Origin: Candidatus Sysuimicrobiota bacterium
GTDB lineage: Bacteria; Sysuimicrobiota; Sysuimicrobiia; Sysuimicrobiales; Sysuimicrobiaceae
Reading direction: 5' to 3'
Length of the DNA: 64,000 nt
NCBI GenBank assembly: GCA_040289515.1
Contig: PSLI01000001.1
Location: 51,685-115,684 of the forward strand
In this document: positions 46,114-58,280 of the stretch, one piece after another
Layout: each line of letters starts with the position of its first letter
Numbering within the stretch: the stretch's first letter is position 1
Made by a program: the position numbers and the translations under genes
Notes under the pieces: generated by a model
The model's database searches: none
The model's input: the letters and a program-made list of their open reading frames with translations, nothing else
What the model was told of the DNA's origin: nothing

Positions 46114-46185
46114 CCCGCGGCACGGATCTTCCCTGCGTCCCCTGTGGAGTCTGCCGGCGGGCGGCCGGGGCAATCAGGAGACGGT

Positions 46186-46665
46186 ATGCAGGAAAAAAAG
46201 AAGGAAACCTTCCTGACTCCCGAGGGCCTCAGGCGGCTGGAGGAGGAGCTGGAATACCTGAAGACGGTCAAGCGGAAAGAGGTAGCCGAGCGCATTAAGC
46301 AGGCCAAGGCCTTCGGAGACCTGAGTGAGAACTCGGAGTATGAGGACGCAAAGAACGAGCAGGCCTTCGTGGAGGGCCGGATTCTGGCCCTGGAGCAGCT
46401 GCTGCGCAGCGCGAAGGTGATCCAGGGCGACGGGGCTTCCGGGCAGGTGACCATTGGGTCCCGGGTGCGGGTCCGGGACCTGGCGAGCGGGGAGGAGTAC
46501 GAATACTGGATCGTGGGTTCAGCGGAGGCGGACCCCTCGCAGGCCCGCATCTCCAACGAGTCGCCGGTGGGGCGGGCTCTTCTGGGCCGCCGCCCCGGCG
46601 AGGTGGTGGAGGTGCAAGTGCCCGCGGGGTTTCTGCGGTTGCAGATCACGGGCCTGGGCTTCTAG
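46186..46665 (+). CDS. greA: transcription elongation factor GreA
   Basis: [35 protein letters not shown]. Confidence 0.96.
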   Translation: MQEKKKETFLTPEGLRRLEEELEYLKTVKRKEVAERIKQAKAFGDLSENSEYEDAKNEQAFVEGRILALEQLLRSAKVIQGDGASGQVTIGSRVRVRDLASGEEYEYWIVGSAEADPSQARISNESPVGRALLGRRPGEVVEVQVPAGFLRLQITGLGF

Positions 46666-46693
46666 AAACCGGGACCCGGGTGCAGGGCACCGC

Positions 46694-46726
46694 GAGGGCC
46701 GCCGGGATGCCGGCGGTCCTCTGCTT
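46694..46726 (+). terminator. hairpin after greA
   Basis: GAGGGCCGCCGG-GATG-CCGGCGGTCCTC with a weak U-tract. Confidence 0.45.
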
Positions 46727-46883
46727 CGGCGGGAATGGTAGGCCAGAAGGTGGCGTTCACCGACAAGCCGGGAGCTGGAAGCCGGAGTGTCCCGGAAGGA
46801 GAGGAGGGGTGGAGCTGCGAAACCGTTCCGAGGAGGGATCCGACGGACCTGAGGAGCGGGAGGGTTAGAGCAGGGGGCAGCGG

Positions 46884-49329
<2,446 letters not shown>

Positions 49330-49349
<20 letters not shown>

Positions 49350-49923
49350 GGGTCCCCGGGGACGGCTCCTCCGCCAGCACCTCGTCCCGGAGCACGCCGA
49401 TGTAGGGCAGGTTGCGGTACAGCTGCCGGTAGTCCAGCCCGTAGCCGACCACGAACCGGTCCGGCACCTCGAACCCGACGTACGCCAGGGGCAGGTTGGG
49501 CGCGATGCGCCGGGTTCGCTTGTCCAGCAGGGTGCAGATGACCAAGCTCGCGGGCCGGCGGGCCCGCAAAAGGCGGGTCAGGTAGGCGGCGGTGAGGCCT
49601 GTGTCCACAATGTCCTCCACCAGCACCACGTGTCGGTCCGTGATCTCCTCGTCCAGGTCCTTCAGCAGCCGCACCGCCCCCGTGGCCGCGTGGCGGGAGC
49701 CGTAGGCCGCGATGGCCATGAAGTCGATCTCGTGCGGGATGCGGAGGGCCCGGCTCAGGTCCGCCAAAAAGTACACGGAACCCCGCAGCATCCCCACCAG
49801 CAGGGGGCGCAGCCCCGCGTAGTCGCGCTCCAGCTCCACGGCCAGCTCCCGCACACGGCGCTGCAGGGTGGCCTCGTCGAAAAGTACCTCCTGGATGTCC
49901 TGGTCCAAGGGGGGGGCCATCAT
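49330..49923 (-). CDS. hpt: hypoxanthine phosphoribosyltransferase
   Basis: [47 protein letters not shown] overlap with the upstream gene. Confidence 0.93.
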
Positions 49924-50297
49924 GCGGAGCCGGAGCGGGCCGTAGCAGGAGCCGAGCGCAGGCCATACTTCCGCAGGAGGTTGCGGAAGTCGCGCCCGTA
50001 GAACACCTGCAGCTTCACCTCCGGATACAGCTCCCGCAGCCGCCGGATCTTGCGGTTCTTGCGCGTCACCAGGGCCTGGCGGAGGGTGGTGAGCTCGATG
50101 TACAGGTCGAAGTCGGGCAGGTAAAAGTCCGGGGTGAAGCGCTCCCGGGGCCGCCCTTGGCGGTCCCACCGGAGGACGAAGGACCGGGGCTCGTACTCCC
50201 ACCGGATCCCGTAGAAGTCCAGGATGCGGGCGAACTCCTCCTCCGCCCGGTTCGCGAACCGCACCGCTCGCTGGGGAAAGGGATGGTCAGATCCCAT
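49920..50297 (-). CDS. hypothetical protein, T7 endonuclease I-like PD-(D/E)xK fold
   Basis: F.NRAEEEFA.ILD..GI.WEYEP..FTPDFYLP..LYIELTT. Confidence 0.75.
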   Translation of the reverse strand: MGSDHPFPQRAVRFANRAEEEFARILDFYGIRWEYEPRSFVLRWDRQGRPRERFTPDFYLPDFDLYIELTTLRQALVTRKNRKIRRLRELYPEVKLQVFYGRDFRNLLRKYGLRSAPATARSGSA

Positions 50298-50481
50298 GGT
50301 CGAGCGCCTGTTCGCCACCAGTATAGGGGTCACGGACCCTGCAGGGCAAGCTCTGCACGGGTTTGCCATGCGGCCGCAAGCCGTGGGACAATAGCGGGGG
50401 CGACCTCCCCGGATCCGTGTTCGAACCCAAAGAGGAACAAACGGTGCCCGCAGGGAACGGGCCACACGAAGGAGTTGTGCG

Positions 50482-51672
50482 ATGGCGAAGGACGGCTGGG
50501 AAGTTTTACTCAAGGAGGCTACGCAGCGGCTGCGGAGCCCGGACGCCACCGTGCGCAGTGACGCGGCTTTGACCCTGGGCAAGCTGGAGGCGGCGGAAGC
50601 GCCCGCCACAGTGGTGGCGGAGGCCATCGACGCACTCAGCCGCATCCTGGACGACCCGGACGAGTACGTGCGCAAAAGCGCCGTGCACGCCTTAGGGCGG
50701 CTGCGAACCCGGGATTCCAGGGCCCTGGAAGGCATTCGGTTCGCCCTGGGAGACCGGTCCGAGCAGGTTGTGCAGGAGGCGGTGGCGCAGGTGCAGCAGG
50801 CGGTGGACCCCGGGGCGGTGGAGGGGCTCGTACGGGTCCTGAGCCGCCGGGAGCGCGGCCTTCAGAACGCCGCCAGCCAGGCCTTGGTGCGCATCGGTGC
50901 CCCCGCGGTACGGCCCCTCCTGGAGACCTTCAAGGACCGCAACCTGCGGCGGCGCGTGCACAACCAGGTACTGCGCATCATCGAGGACATCCGGGGCCGC
51001 GCGGTGGAGCCCCTGCTGGCTGCCCTGGAGGACGACAGCCAGTACGTGCGCGCGTACGCGGTGGCCCTGCTGGGCAAGCTGGGGGACGAGCGGGCCACCG
51101 AGCCCCTGGTGCGCTTGTTCCTCACCGATCCGCGGTTGCAGGAGACGGTCGTGAACACCCTGCCCCGGCTTGAGGAGCGGGGGGTCCTGGAGACCCCGTC
51201 CGCGGACCGGGACGTGCACCTGCCGAGGGAGGTGGCCGCGGCCTTCCGCAAGCTGGCGTCCACCCCGGAGGCGATCCAGGCCCTGCAGAGCGCGATCAGC
51301 AGCGGCAACCCCAAGGTGCGGAAGTTCGCCCTGCGGGCCTTGTTCGAGGTCCAGGGGCCGGCTGCCAAGGAGACCCTTTTGAGCCTGCTGCGGGACGAGG
51401 ATGCGGAGATCCAGCGGCTGGCCATCCGGCTGCTGGGCAAGCTGCACGACAGGAGTGTCATCGAGCCGCTGCTGAGCCTGCTGAGGGGGGCCAACCCGCA
51501 GCTGGAGGAGGCCGTGTGGAACGCCATCAAAGTGCTCACGGACCTGCGGGAGTACGAGCAGCTGCGCTCCCGGGTGGCGCGGGAGCGGGCGGGTGCCCCC
51601 GCGCGCCCCACCGTGCGGGTGTTCAAGACGGAGCGGGACGTCTCCCCGGACTGGTGGCGGGACCAGGACTGA
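50482..51672 (+). CDS. HEAT-repeat protein
   Basis: Repeated L.D.D..VR..A..ALG.L units; SD AAGGAG. Confidence 0.85.
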   Translation: MAKDGWEVLLKEATQRLRSPDATVRSDAALTLGKLEAAEAPATVVAEAIDALSRILDDPDEYVRKSAVHALGRLRTRDSRALEGIRFALGDRSEQVVQEAVAQVQQAVDPGAVEGLVRVLSRRERGLQNAASQALVRIGAPAVRPLLETFKDRNLRRRVHNQVLRIIEDIRGRAVEPLLAALEDDSQYVRAYAVALLGKLGDERATEPLVRLFLTDPRLQETVVNTLPRLEERGVLETPSADRDVHLPREVAAAFRKLASTPEAIQALQSAISSGNPKVRKFALRALFEVQGPAAKETLLSLLRDEDAEIQRLAIRLLGKLHDRSVIEPLLSLLRGANPQLEEAVWNAIKVLTDLREYEQLRSRVARERAGAPARPTVRVFKTERDVSPDWWRDQD

Positions 51673-51682
51673 CAGTCCAGCC

Positions 51683-51997
51683 ATGGTGGTGTGCTTGATC
51701 ACCGTTCCGGATCTGGAGAGTGCCCGCCGCATAGCCCAGACCCTGGTGGAGGAGCGCCTGGCCGCCTGCGTGAACCTGGTGCCGGGCGTGCGGTCTGTCT
51801 ACAGGTGGCAGGGTGCGGTGGAGGAGGCAGAGGAAGTGCTGCTGGTGGTCAAAACCACCCAGGAGCGCTTCCCGGCCCTGCGGGAGCGGGTGGGCTCCCT
51901 GCATCCTTACCAGGTGCCGGAGGTGGTGAGCCTCCCCGTGCAGGACGCCCTGGCTGCGTACAGGGCCTGGGTGCAGGAGTCCGTGGCCGAGGGGTAG
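51683..51997 (+). CDS. cutA: divalent cation tolerance protein CutA
   Basis: LVEERLAACVN, SVYRWQG, HPYQVPE. Confidence 0.93.
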   Translation: MVVCLITVPDLESARRIAQTLVEERLAACVNLVPGVRSVYRWQGAVEEAEEVLLVVKTTQERFPALRERVGSLHPYQVPEVVSLPVQDALAAYRAWVQESVAEG

Positions 51998-52007
51998 TGA
52001 CCGCCCC

Positions 52008-52782
52008 GTGCGCATCCTGGTCACCAACGACGACAGCATCGAGGCAGAGGGTCTGCACGTCCTGGTGCGCGCCTGCGAGGCGGTGGGGGAGGTGAGCGTC
52101 ATGGCTGCCCACCACGACCGGTCCGCCAGCGGCCATGCCATCACCCTGCACAAGCCCCTCCGGGTTTCTCCTGCCCGCATCCCAGGCTCCTCCGCGGCAG
52201 CGTGGGCCGCCACCGGAACGTCCGCGGACTGCGTGCTGCTTGCCGTGTACGGGCTGCTCCCTGCCCGACCGGACGTGGTGCTGTGTGGTGTTAACCTGGG
52301 TTCCAACGTCGGGCACGACCCACCTACTCGGGAACCGTTTCCGGTGTTATGGAGGCCGCCATCCTGGGAATCCCTACCATCGCGGTCTCCCTGGACGCTG
52401 AACACGACCCCCACGGCGAGGGGGCCGCGGCCTTCGCGGCCGCCCTGGCCCAGGAGGTGGTCCGTCGGGGATTCCCTGCGGATGCTCTCCTGAACGTGAA
52501 CGTACCCAACCTGGACGCCAGGCAAATCGGCGGGGTGCAGGTGGCCCGGCAGAGCGCGCGCCGATACCGCAGCCGCCTGGAGCAGCGCACGGACCCCCGC
52601 GGCCGCCCCTACTATTGGATCGCGGGGGAACGCACCGGCTCCCAGGAGGAGCCCGGGACCGACAGCCACGCCTGCGCCATGGTTACGTGTCGGTGATGCC
52701 CCTTCAGATGGACCTGACCCAGCGGCAGCTGCTCGCCGGCTTGGCTGGTCGGGGACTGGAGCGCCTGGTGCGAAGGACGTAG
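52008..52782 (+). pseudogene. surE: 5'/3'-nucleotidase SurE pseudogene
   Basis: MRILVTNDD..., single-base losses near 52320 (before TYSGTV..MEA) and near 52672 (before RHGYVSVMPLQMDLT); NDDG changed to NDDS. Confidence 0.85.
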
Positions 52783-52870
52783 AAGGATTCCCGCCCCGCG
52801 GGGCCGAACACAGGCGAGGCCCCTTTCGGAGGGGGCCGGCAGGCGACGTAGCGGTCAACGGAGCGAAGCT

Positions 52871-53572
52871 GTGCCCCTGATCCAGCTGGAAGGCGTCCAC
52901 AAGGTCTACCCCGGCGGCCGGGTGGCGCTCCGTGACGTCTCCCTCTCCGTAGAGGAGGGGGAGTTCGTGTTCGTGGTGGGCCCCACGGGGGCGGGGAAGT
53001 CCACCCTCCTGCGCCTGTTGTATCGGGAGGAGGTACCCACCCGGGGCCGTGTGAGGGTGGCGGGTTTGGAGGTGCACCGGCTGCGCCCGGCCCAGGTGCC
53101 CCTTTTGCGGCGCCAGCTGGGCGTGGTGTTCCAAGACTTCAAGCTGCTGCCGGACCGAACCGTGTACGAGAACGTGGCGTTCGCCCTGCGCGCGGTGGGG
53201 ACCCCGCCGGCCTGGATTCCCGGGCGCGTGCGGGCCGCCCTAGAGCTGGTGGGACTTCGGGAGCGAACGGACGCCTTCCCCAGCCAGCTCTCGGGCGGAG
53301 AGCAGCAACGCGCCAGCGTCGCCCGCGCCCTGGCCAACGGGCCCCGAATCCTACTGGCGGACGAGCCCACCGGCAACCTGGATCCGGACACCTCCTGGGA
53401 GATCGTCACGCTGCTTTCGCGGATCAACCTCCGGGGCACCACGGTGGTCGTGACCACCCACAACAAGACGGTGGTGGATATCCTCCGGCGCCGGGTGGTG
53501 GAGCTGCAGGAGGGGCGTGTGGTGCGGGACGAGGTGCAAGGGCGGTATGCAGGGCCTCGCGCGGCTCCCTGA
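52871..53572 (+). CDS. ftsE: cell division ATP-binding protein FtsE
   Basis: [36 protein letters not shown]. Confidence 0.93.
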   Translation: MPLIQLEGVHKVYPGGRVALRDVSLSVEEGEFVFVVGPTGAGKSTLLRLLYREEVPTRGRVRVAGLEVHRLRPAQVPLLRRQLGVVFQDFKLLPDRTVYENVAFALRAVGTPPAWIPGRVRAALELVGLRERTDAFPSQLSGGEQQRASVARALANGPRILLADEPTGNLDPDTSWEIVTLLSRINLRGTTVVVTTHNKTVVDILRRRVVELQEGRVVRDEVQGRYAGPRAAP

Positions 53573-53621
53573 GCGAGCTCACGCAGCAGCGCCCGCCTAC
53601 AGGGCGGCACGGCTGTGGGCG

Positions 53622-54500
53622 GTGGTGGCCTCCTATGGGTACCTCACCCGGGAGGGCGCGGTGGGGTTCTGGCGCAACGGGCTCATGTCCGCGGCGGCCG
53701 TGGGCTCCATTCTGGCGGCCCTTTTGGCCTTTGGGGGCGCTGTGGTCACCCTGTGGAACCTGCGGGAGCTGGCGGCGCGGGTGGAGGCGCAGCTGGTGGC
53801 GGTGGGGTACCTGCGGGAAGGACTGTCGCCCGCTCAGCGCGAGGCCGCACAGCGCGCTGCGGCCGCCCTGCCTGGGGTGCGGGCGGTGTCCTTGGTGCCC
53901 CGGGAGGAAGCCCTCCGCCGCTTGGAGGAAGCCTTGGGGGGAGTGGACCTGGCTCGGGCCGCGCAAGACAACCCGCTCCCGGACACCCTGGAGGTGAAGC
54001 CCAGTAAACCCCAGGACCTCCGGCAGGTAGCTCAAGCGTTGCGATCGGTGCCCGGGGTCACAGAGGTTACCTACGGCGCGGACTCCACCGAGCGACTGTT
54101 GAGCCTGACCCGTTTGGTGCGGGGTGCCGGAGGGCTCAGCACGCTGGCTTTGGGAGCGGTGGCGGTGGTGGTGAGCACCAACGCCCTGCGCATGACGGTG
54201 CTGGCCCGGCGCCAGGAGATCGAGATCATGCGCCTGGTGGGTGCCGCGGCGTGGTTTGTGCGCTGGCCGTTCCTGGTGGAGGGGCTGCTGCAGGGGCTGG
54301 TGGCGGCTGCGTGCGCTTCCGCGGCCTGGGCGGCCTTCTACCCCTGGGCGGTGGGCCGACTGCAGCAGGCGTGGCCGTTCCTTCCGGTGCTCCCCCCCCA
54401 GAGGGTTGTGCTTCCTCTGGTGGCGAGTTTGCTGGCCGCGGGCGGCCTGGTGGGCCTGGTGGGTGCTGCGGTGTCTGTCCGGCGGTTTCTGGCGCGGTGA
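53622..54500 (+). CDS. ftsX: cell division permease FtsX
   Basis: [34 protein letters not shown]. Confidence 0.92.
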   Translation: MVASYGYLTREGAVGFWRNGLMSAAAVGSILAALLAFGGAVVTLWNLRELAARVEAQLVAVGYLREGLSPAQREAAQRAAAALPGVRAVSLVPREEALRRLEEALGGVDLARAAQDNPLPDTLEVKPSKPQDLRQVAQALRSVPGVTEVTYGADSTERLLSLTRLVRGAGGLSTLALGAVAVVVSTNALRMTVLARRQEIEIMRLVGAAAWFVRWPFLVEGLLQGLVAAACASAAWAAFYPWAVGRLQQAWPFLPVLPPQRVVLPLVASLLAAGGLVGLVGAAVSVRRFLAR

Positions 54501-55627
54501 GCTGGAGCGTGCTGCCCGCGGTGGTACTGTTGGCCGCCTTGGTGGCGCTGCCTGGGTCGGCCACCTCCCAGCCCGTGCAGGAGCCTCGCAAGGAGCTGGA
54601 GCGGGTCCGCGAGCAGCTACAGCGGGCCCGCAGGGAGCTGCGGCAGGCCCGGCGGGTCGAGCGCAGCATTCTGGGGGAGCTGGAGCGGATTGAGCACGCC
54701 CAGGAACAGCTGGAGGGGGAGCTGCGCGTGCTGGAAGCCCGCCTGCGGTCCCTGCGGGTGCAGGAAGCGGCCACCCGGCAGCGGGAGGCCAGCTCCCGGA
54801 GCCGGCTGGCAGGGCTGCGGGAACGCCTGGCACAGCGCCTGCGGGCCATCCACCGCTGGGGCCGGGTGGGCTACGTGGACGTGCTGTTGCAGTCCGCGGA
54901 CTTTGCCACCTTTCTGACCCGGTTGGACTTCCTGGGCCGTCTGGTGCGCCAGGACGCGCAGCTGATCCAGCAGACCGAGGAGGAGTGGCGGCGGTGGAGC
55001 TTCCTGCGGGAGCAGCTGGTGCGACAGCGCGCGGAGGTGGAGGACCTGCGCGAGCAGTTGGCGCAACGGCGCCAGGGGGTCCTGCAGGAGGCAACCCGCA
55101 AGCGCGGCTTGCTGGCCCGGGTGCAGAGGGAACGGGCGATGTACGAGCAACTGGTGGAGGAGCTGGAAGAGGACTCCCGGCGGCTGGAGGCGCTGTTGCA
55201 GCAGTTGAGCTCTGTCAGCCCGGGTGGGGTGCGACCCAGGTGGCGGCTGGGGTTCGGGTTGGCCTGGCCCGCCCGCGGTCCCCTCACCTCCGGGTTCGGG
55301 ATCCGCCGCCATCCCCTATTCGGGATCGCTAGCATGCACAACGGGGTGGACATTGCAGCTCCGTGGGGAACCCCCGTCCGGGCAGCCGGGGCGGGCACGG
55401 TGGTGTACGCGGGTTGGTTCGGGGGCTACGGTAAACTGGTGGTGGTCGACCACGGGGGTGGTGTGGCGACCCTGTATGGACACCTCTCATCCATCCTGGT
55501 GTCCCCCGGGCAGCGAGTGGGCCCGGGCCACGTGGTGGGACGGGTGGGCAGCACCGGATACAGCACCGGGCCCCACCTGCACTTCGAGATCCGGTTGAAC
55601 GGCCGTCCCGTGGACCCGCTCCGGTGA
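54497..55627 (+). CDS. coiled-coil M23 peptidase / murein hydrolase activator (EnvC-like)
   Basis: Signal peptide, long coiled coil, HNGVD, YGHLS, STGPHLHFE. Confidence 0.88.
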   Translation: MSWSVLPAVVLLAALVALPGSATSQPVQEPRKELERVREQLQRARRELRQARRVERSILGELERIEHAQEQLEGELRVLEARLRSLRVQEAATRQREASSRSRLAGLRERLAQRLRAIHRWGRVGYVDVLLQSADFATFLTRLDFLGRLVRQDAQLIQQTEEEWRRWSFLREQLVRQRAEVEDLREQLAQRRQGVLQEATRKRGLLARVQRERAMYEQLVEELEEDSRRLEALLQQLSSVSPGGVRPRWRLGFGLAWPARGPLTSGFGIRRHPLFGIASMHNGVDIAAPWGTPVRAAGAGTVVYAGWFGGYGKLVVVDHGGGVATLYGHLSSILVSPGQRVGPGHVVGRVGSTGYSTGPHLHFEIRLNGRPVDPLR

Positions 55628-55656
55628 GCGGGAAGTGGCGCGTACAGGAGGTGGGC

Positions 55657-56865
55657 ATGAAGCGTCGTATTCCGTTGGTTCCCGCCCTGGCGGCGCTGGT
55701 GGTCCTGTCCTTGGTGTTCTCCGCGGGATATGCCCTGGGGCTGCGGCAGGCCTCGGCGGCCGACGCCCGCAGCGAGGGGCAGCGCATGCTGCAGGCCTTG
55801 GCGGACCACCTGCAGCGCAGCTACATCGAGCGCCACCTGGACTGGCGCAAGCTGTACGACGCCGCAGCCCGTGGCATGCTGCAGGCCCTGGACGACCCCT
55901 ATACGGCCTTCTTCGACGCGCAGGGCTACCGTCGGTTCCGAGAGGACTTCCGGGGCTACTTCTACGGGGTAGGCATCTTCATCGAGAAGAAGGAAAGCCG
56001 ACTGTTGGTGGTGGCCCCCATCCCGGACACCCCGGCGGCACGGGCGGGCCTGCGGGCGGGCGATCACATCACGCACGTGGACGGCGTGCCCACCCGCGAC
56101 ATGCCCATCGAGGAGGCGGTAGCCCGCATCCGCGGGCCGCAGGGGACCACGGTGCGGCTGCGGATCCAACGGGGCGACCGCACCTTCGAGGTGTCCATCA
56201 CGCGTGCTCGGATCGAGGTGGTGAGCGTGCAGGGGGAGGAGGTCCTTACGGAACCGGAACGGGACGTGGTGCACTCCGCGCAGGCAGCGTACGTGCGGAT
56301 CTTGGCCTTCAACCAGGACACCGCAGAGCGGTTCGGTGCCCAGCTCCGCCGGGCGGAGGCGCGCGGTGCCCGCGGCCTCATTCTGGACCTGCGCTTCAAC
56401 CCCGGTGGCCTGGTGGACCAGTGCACCGCGGTGGCGGACTGGTTCGTACCACCCCGGGGTCCCATCGTGCACGAGGTGGACCGGGACGGGCGGACCCGCA
56501 CGGTGAGCGCCACGCCGCGCGAGAAGTACCGGAAGCCTGTGGTGGTCCTTGTGAACGAGGGGACCGCCTCCTGCAGCGAGATTTTGGCCGGTGCCCTGCA
56601 GGACAGCGGCGTGGGCGTGCTGGTGGGACAGCGAACCTTCGGGAAGGGTGTGATCACCACCGTGGTGGACCTGCCGGGCGGGCGGGGTGCCACCATCACC
56701 ACCGCCAAGTACCTCACCCCCAAACGCCGGGGTATCCACCGCAAGGGGATCCAGCCCGATGTGGTGGCCGGGGACCGTGTGGAGGGCAAGACGGACCGGG
56801 AGGTGGAGGCCATCCGGCTCCAGCAGCTCCGCAGGGCCGCGGAGGTACTCCAGAGTCGCTACTGA
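55657..56865 (+). CDS. ctpA: carboxyl-terminal processing protease (S41A)
   Basis: DDPYT, GVGI PDZ, LDLRFNPGG, TASCSEI, TFGKG. Confidence 0.9.
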   Translation: MKRRIPLVPALAALVVLSLVFSAGYALGLRQASAADARSEGQRMLQALADHLQRSYIERHLDWRKLYDAAARGMLQALDDPYTAFFDAQGYRRFREDFRGYFYGVGIFIEKKESRLLVVAPIPDTPAARAGLRAGDHITHVDGVPTRDMPIEEAVARIRGPQGTTVRLRIQRGDRTFEVSITRARIEVVSVQGEEVLTEPERDVVHSAQAAYVRILAFNQDTAERFGAQLRRAEARGARGLILDLRFNPGGLVDQCTAVADWFVPPRGPIVHEVDRDGRTRTVSATPREKYRKPVVVLVNEGTASCSEILAGALQDSGVGVLVGQRTFGKGVITTVVDLPGGRGATITTAKYLTPKRRGIHRKGIQPDVVAGDRVEGKTDREVEAIRLQQLRRAAEVLQSRY

Positions 56866-56877
56866 CACCAGGGCGAG

Positions 56878-58116
56878 GTGCAAGGCGTGCGATCCCGGAC
56901 AGCCCGGGTTCGATCATCGGCGAAGCGCCGCGGCGGACAGCCGTGGGCGCGGCTGCTCGTGCTGGCTGGGGCGGTGGCGGGGCTGGCGTTTTCGTGCACG
57001 CGGCTGCCCGCGCAGCGCCCGGCGGAAAGGCCGTCTGTTTCCCCCTCACCCCCTGCCGCGGCTTCCCCGCAGCCCTCCGAGGCAGCCTCTTGGGAAGACG
57101 TAGATCCCCAGGCTGCCGCGCTGCGGGCCAAGGTGCTGGAGGCGCTGCCGGAAGGTGCCCGGTGGCGCCCGGAGGGTGCGCAGGAGAGGCGCGAGGGGGC
57201 CTTGCGCTGGCGGCACGTGCGCTACCGGGTGGTGCTGCCGACAGGGGCCAACGTGAAGGCCACCACGGGGGCGTTGGTAGAGGCCGCGGAGCAGGCCAGC
57301 GGGGTGCTCCTTGCGAGCCGTCCGAAGGGTGCCGGCCAGGTTCTGGAGATCGGGCTTGAGCATCAGGTTCGGGTGCTCCCCGTGCTGCAGGTGCAGCTGG
57401 TGCCCTCACGGGCGGAGTCCTCCGCGCAGGCCCGGGTGGCTGTGGTCCTGGATGATGCGGGCATGCGATTGGAAGAGCTGGAACGCGCCCTGCGGGTGGG
57501 CCGTCCCCTCAGCCTGGCCATCCTGCCGGGTCTGCCTTCCTCGGAGGAGTTGGCGCGGCGGGCCCGGGAGGCGGGCCTGGAAGTGCTCCTGCACCTGCCC
57601 ATGGAACCCGAAGACCCTGAACTGGCATCCCGCATGGGGAAGCTGGCTGTGCGGGTAGGCATGGGCGAGGAGGACATCGCCCGCACCGTGCGGGCGGCCC
57701 TGCGCTCCGTGCCTGGCGCGGTGGGCGTGAACAACCATATGGGCTCCAGGGCCACCGCAGATCCCCGGGTGGTTCGCGCGGTCCTGAGGGTGGTGCGGGA
57801 GGAGGACCTGTTCTTCCTCGACTCCCGAACGACCTCCAAAAGCTCCGCGGAGGCTGTGGCGAAGGAGCTGGGCGTGCCAGCACTGCGGCGGGCCGTGTTC
57901 CTAGACCACGACCCTTCCCCGGAAGCCGTGCGGGCCCAGGTGCGCCGCCTTGTGCAGGAGGCCCTGCGGGAGGGCAGCGCGGTGGGGATCGGCCACGCCA
58001 ATCGTCCCCACACCGCGGAGATCCTGGCGGAGATGGCCCCGGAGGTGGAGCGGGCGGGCGTTCGCTGGGTGTTCGCCAGCGAGCTGGCACGCTCCCAGAG
58101 TTCCCGCAGGCCTTAA
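56878..58116 (+). CDS. divergent polysaccharide deacetylase family protein (YibQ-like)
   Basis: VVLDDAG, LLHLPMEP, GVNNHMGS, FLDSRT, VFLD, IGH. Confidence 0.88.
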   Translation: MQGVRSRTARVRSSAKRRGGQPWARLLVLAGAVAGLAFSCTRLPAQRPAERPSVSPSPPAAASPQPSEAASWEDVDPQAAALRAKVLEALPEGARWRPEGAQERREGALRWRHVRYRVVLPTGANVKATTGALVEAAEQASGVLLASRPKGAGQVLEIGLEHQVRVLPVLQVQLVPSRAESSAQARVAVVLDDAGMRLEELERALRVGRPLSLAILPGLPSSEELARRAREAGLEVLLHLPMEPEDPELASRMGKLAVRVGMGEEDIARTVRAALRSVPGAVGVNNHMGSRATADPRVVRAVLRVVREEDLFFLDSRTTSKSSAEAVAKELGVPALRRAVFLDHDPSPEAVRAQVRRLVQEALREGSAVGIGHANRPHTAEILAEMAPEVERAGVRWVFASELARSQSSRRP

Positions 58117-58280
58117 AAGGGAGGCGCGGCAGGAGAGAAGCCGAGGGCAGCGAACGACTAGGCTGTTAGCGGGGCAGCTGGATAGCGAACCTTCGTTCGA
58201 AGGGAGGTGAGTACGGGGAGTGGTCGAAACCGTTCGCTGTCCGTGTGGACCCAAAAAACCGCAACAGGGGGGCTGATCGG

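Noticed and set aside
46727..46883. T-box or c-di-GMP-I riboswitch before clpC (GGGTGGAGCTGCG; GCGAAACCGTTCC)
   Set aside because: Only fragments match: no stem I or terminator for a T-box, and no GACGCAAAGC segment for GEMM-I. No CtsR or CIRCE repeats were recognised either.
50351..50370. Sigma-54 site before the HEAT-repeat gene (CTGCACGGGTTTGC)
   Set aside because: Lacks the -24 GG and the spacing is one base short.
58195..58235. Hammerhead ribozyme (CGAAAC)
   Set aside because: No CUGANGA core.
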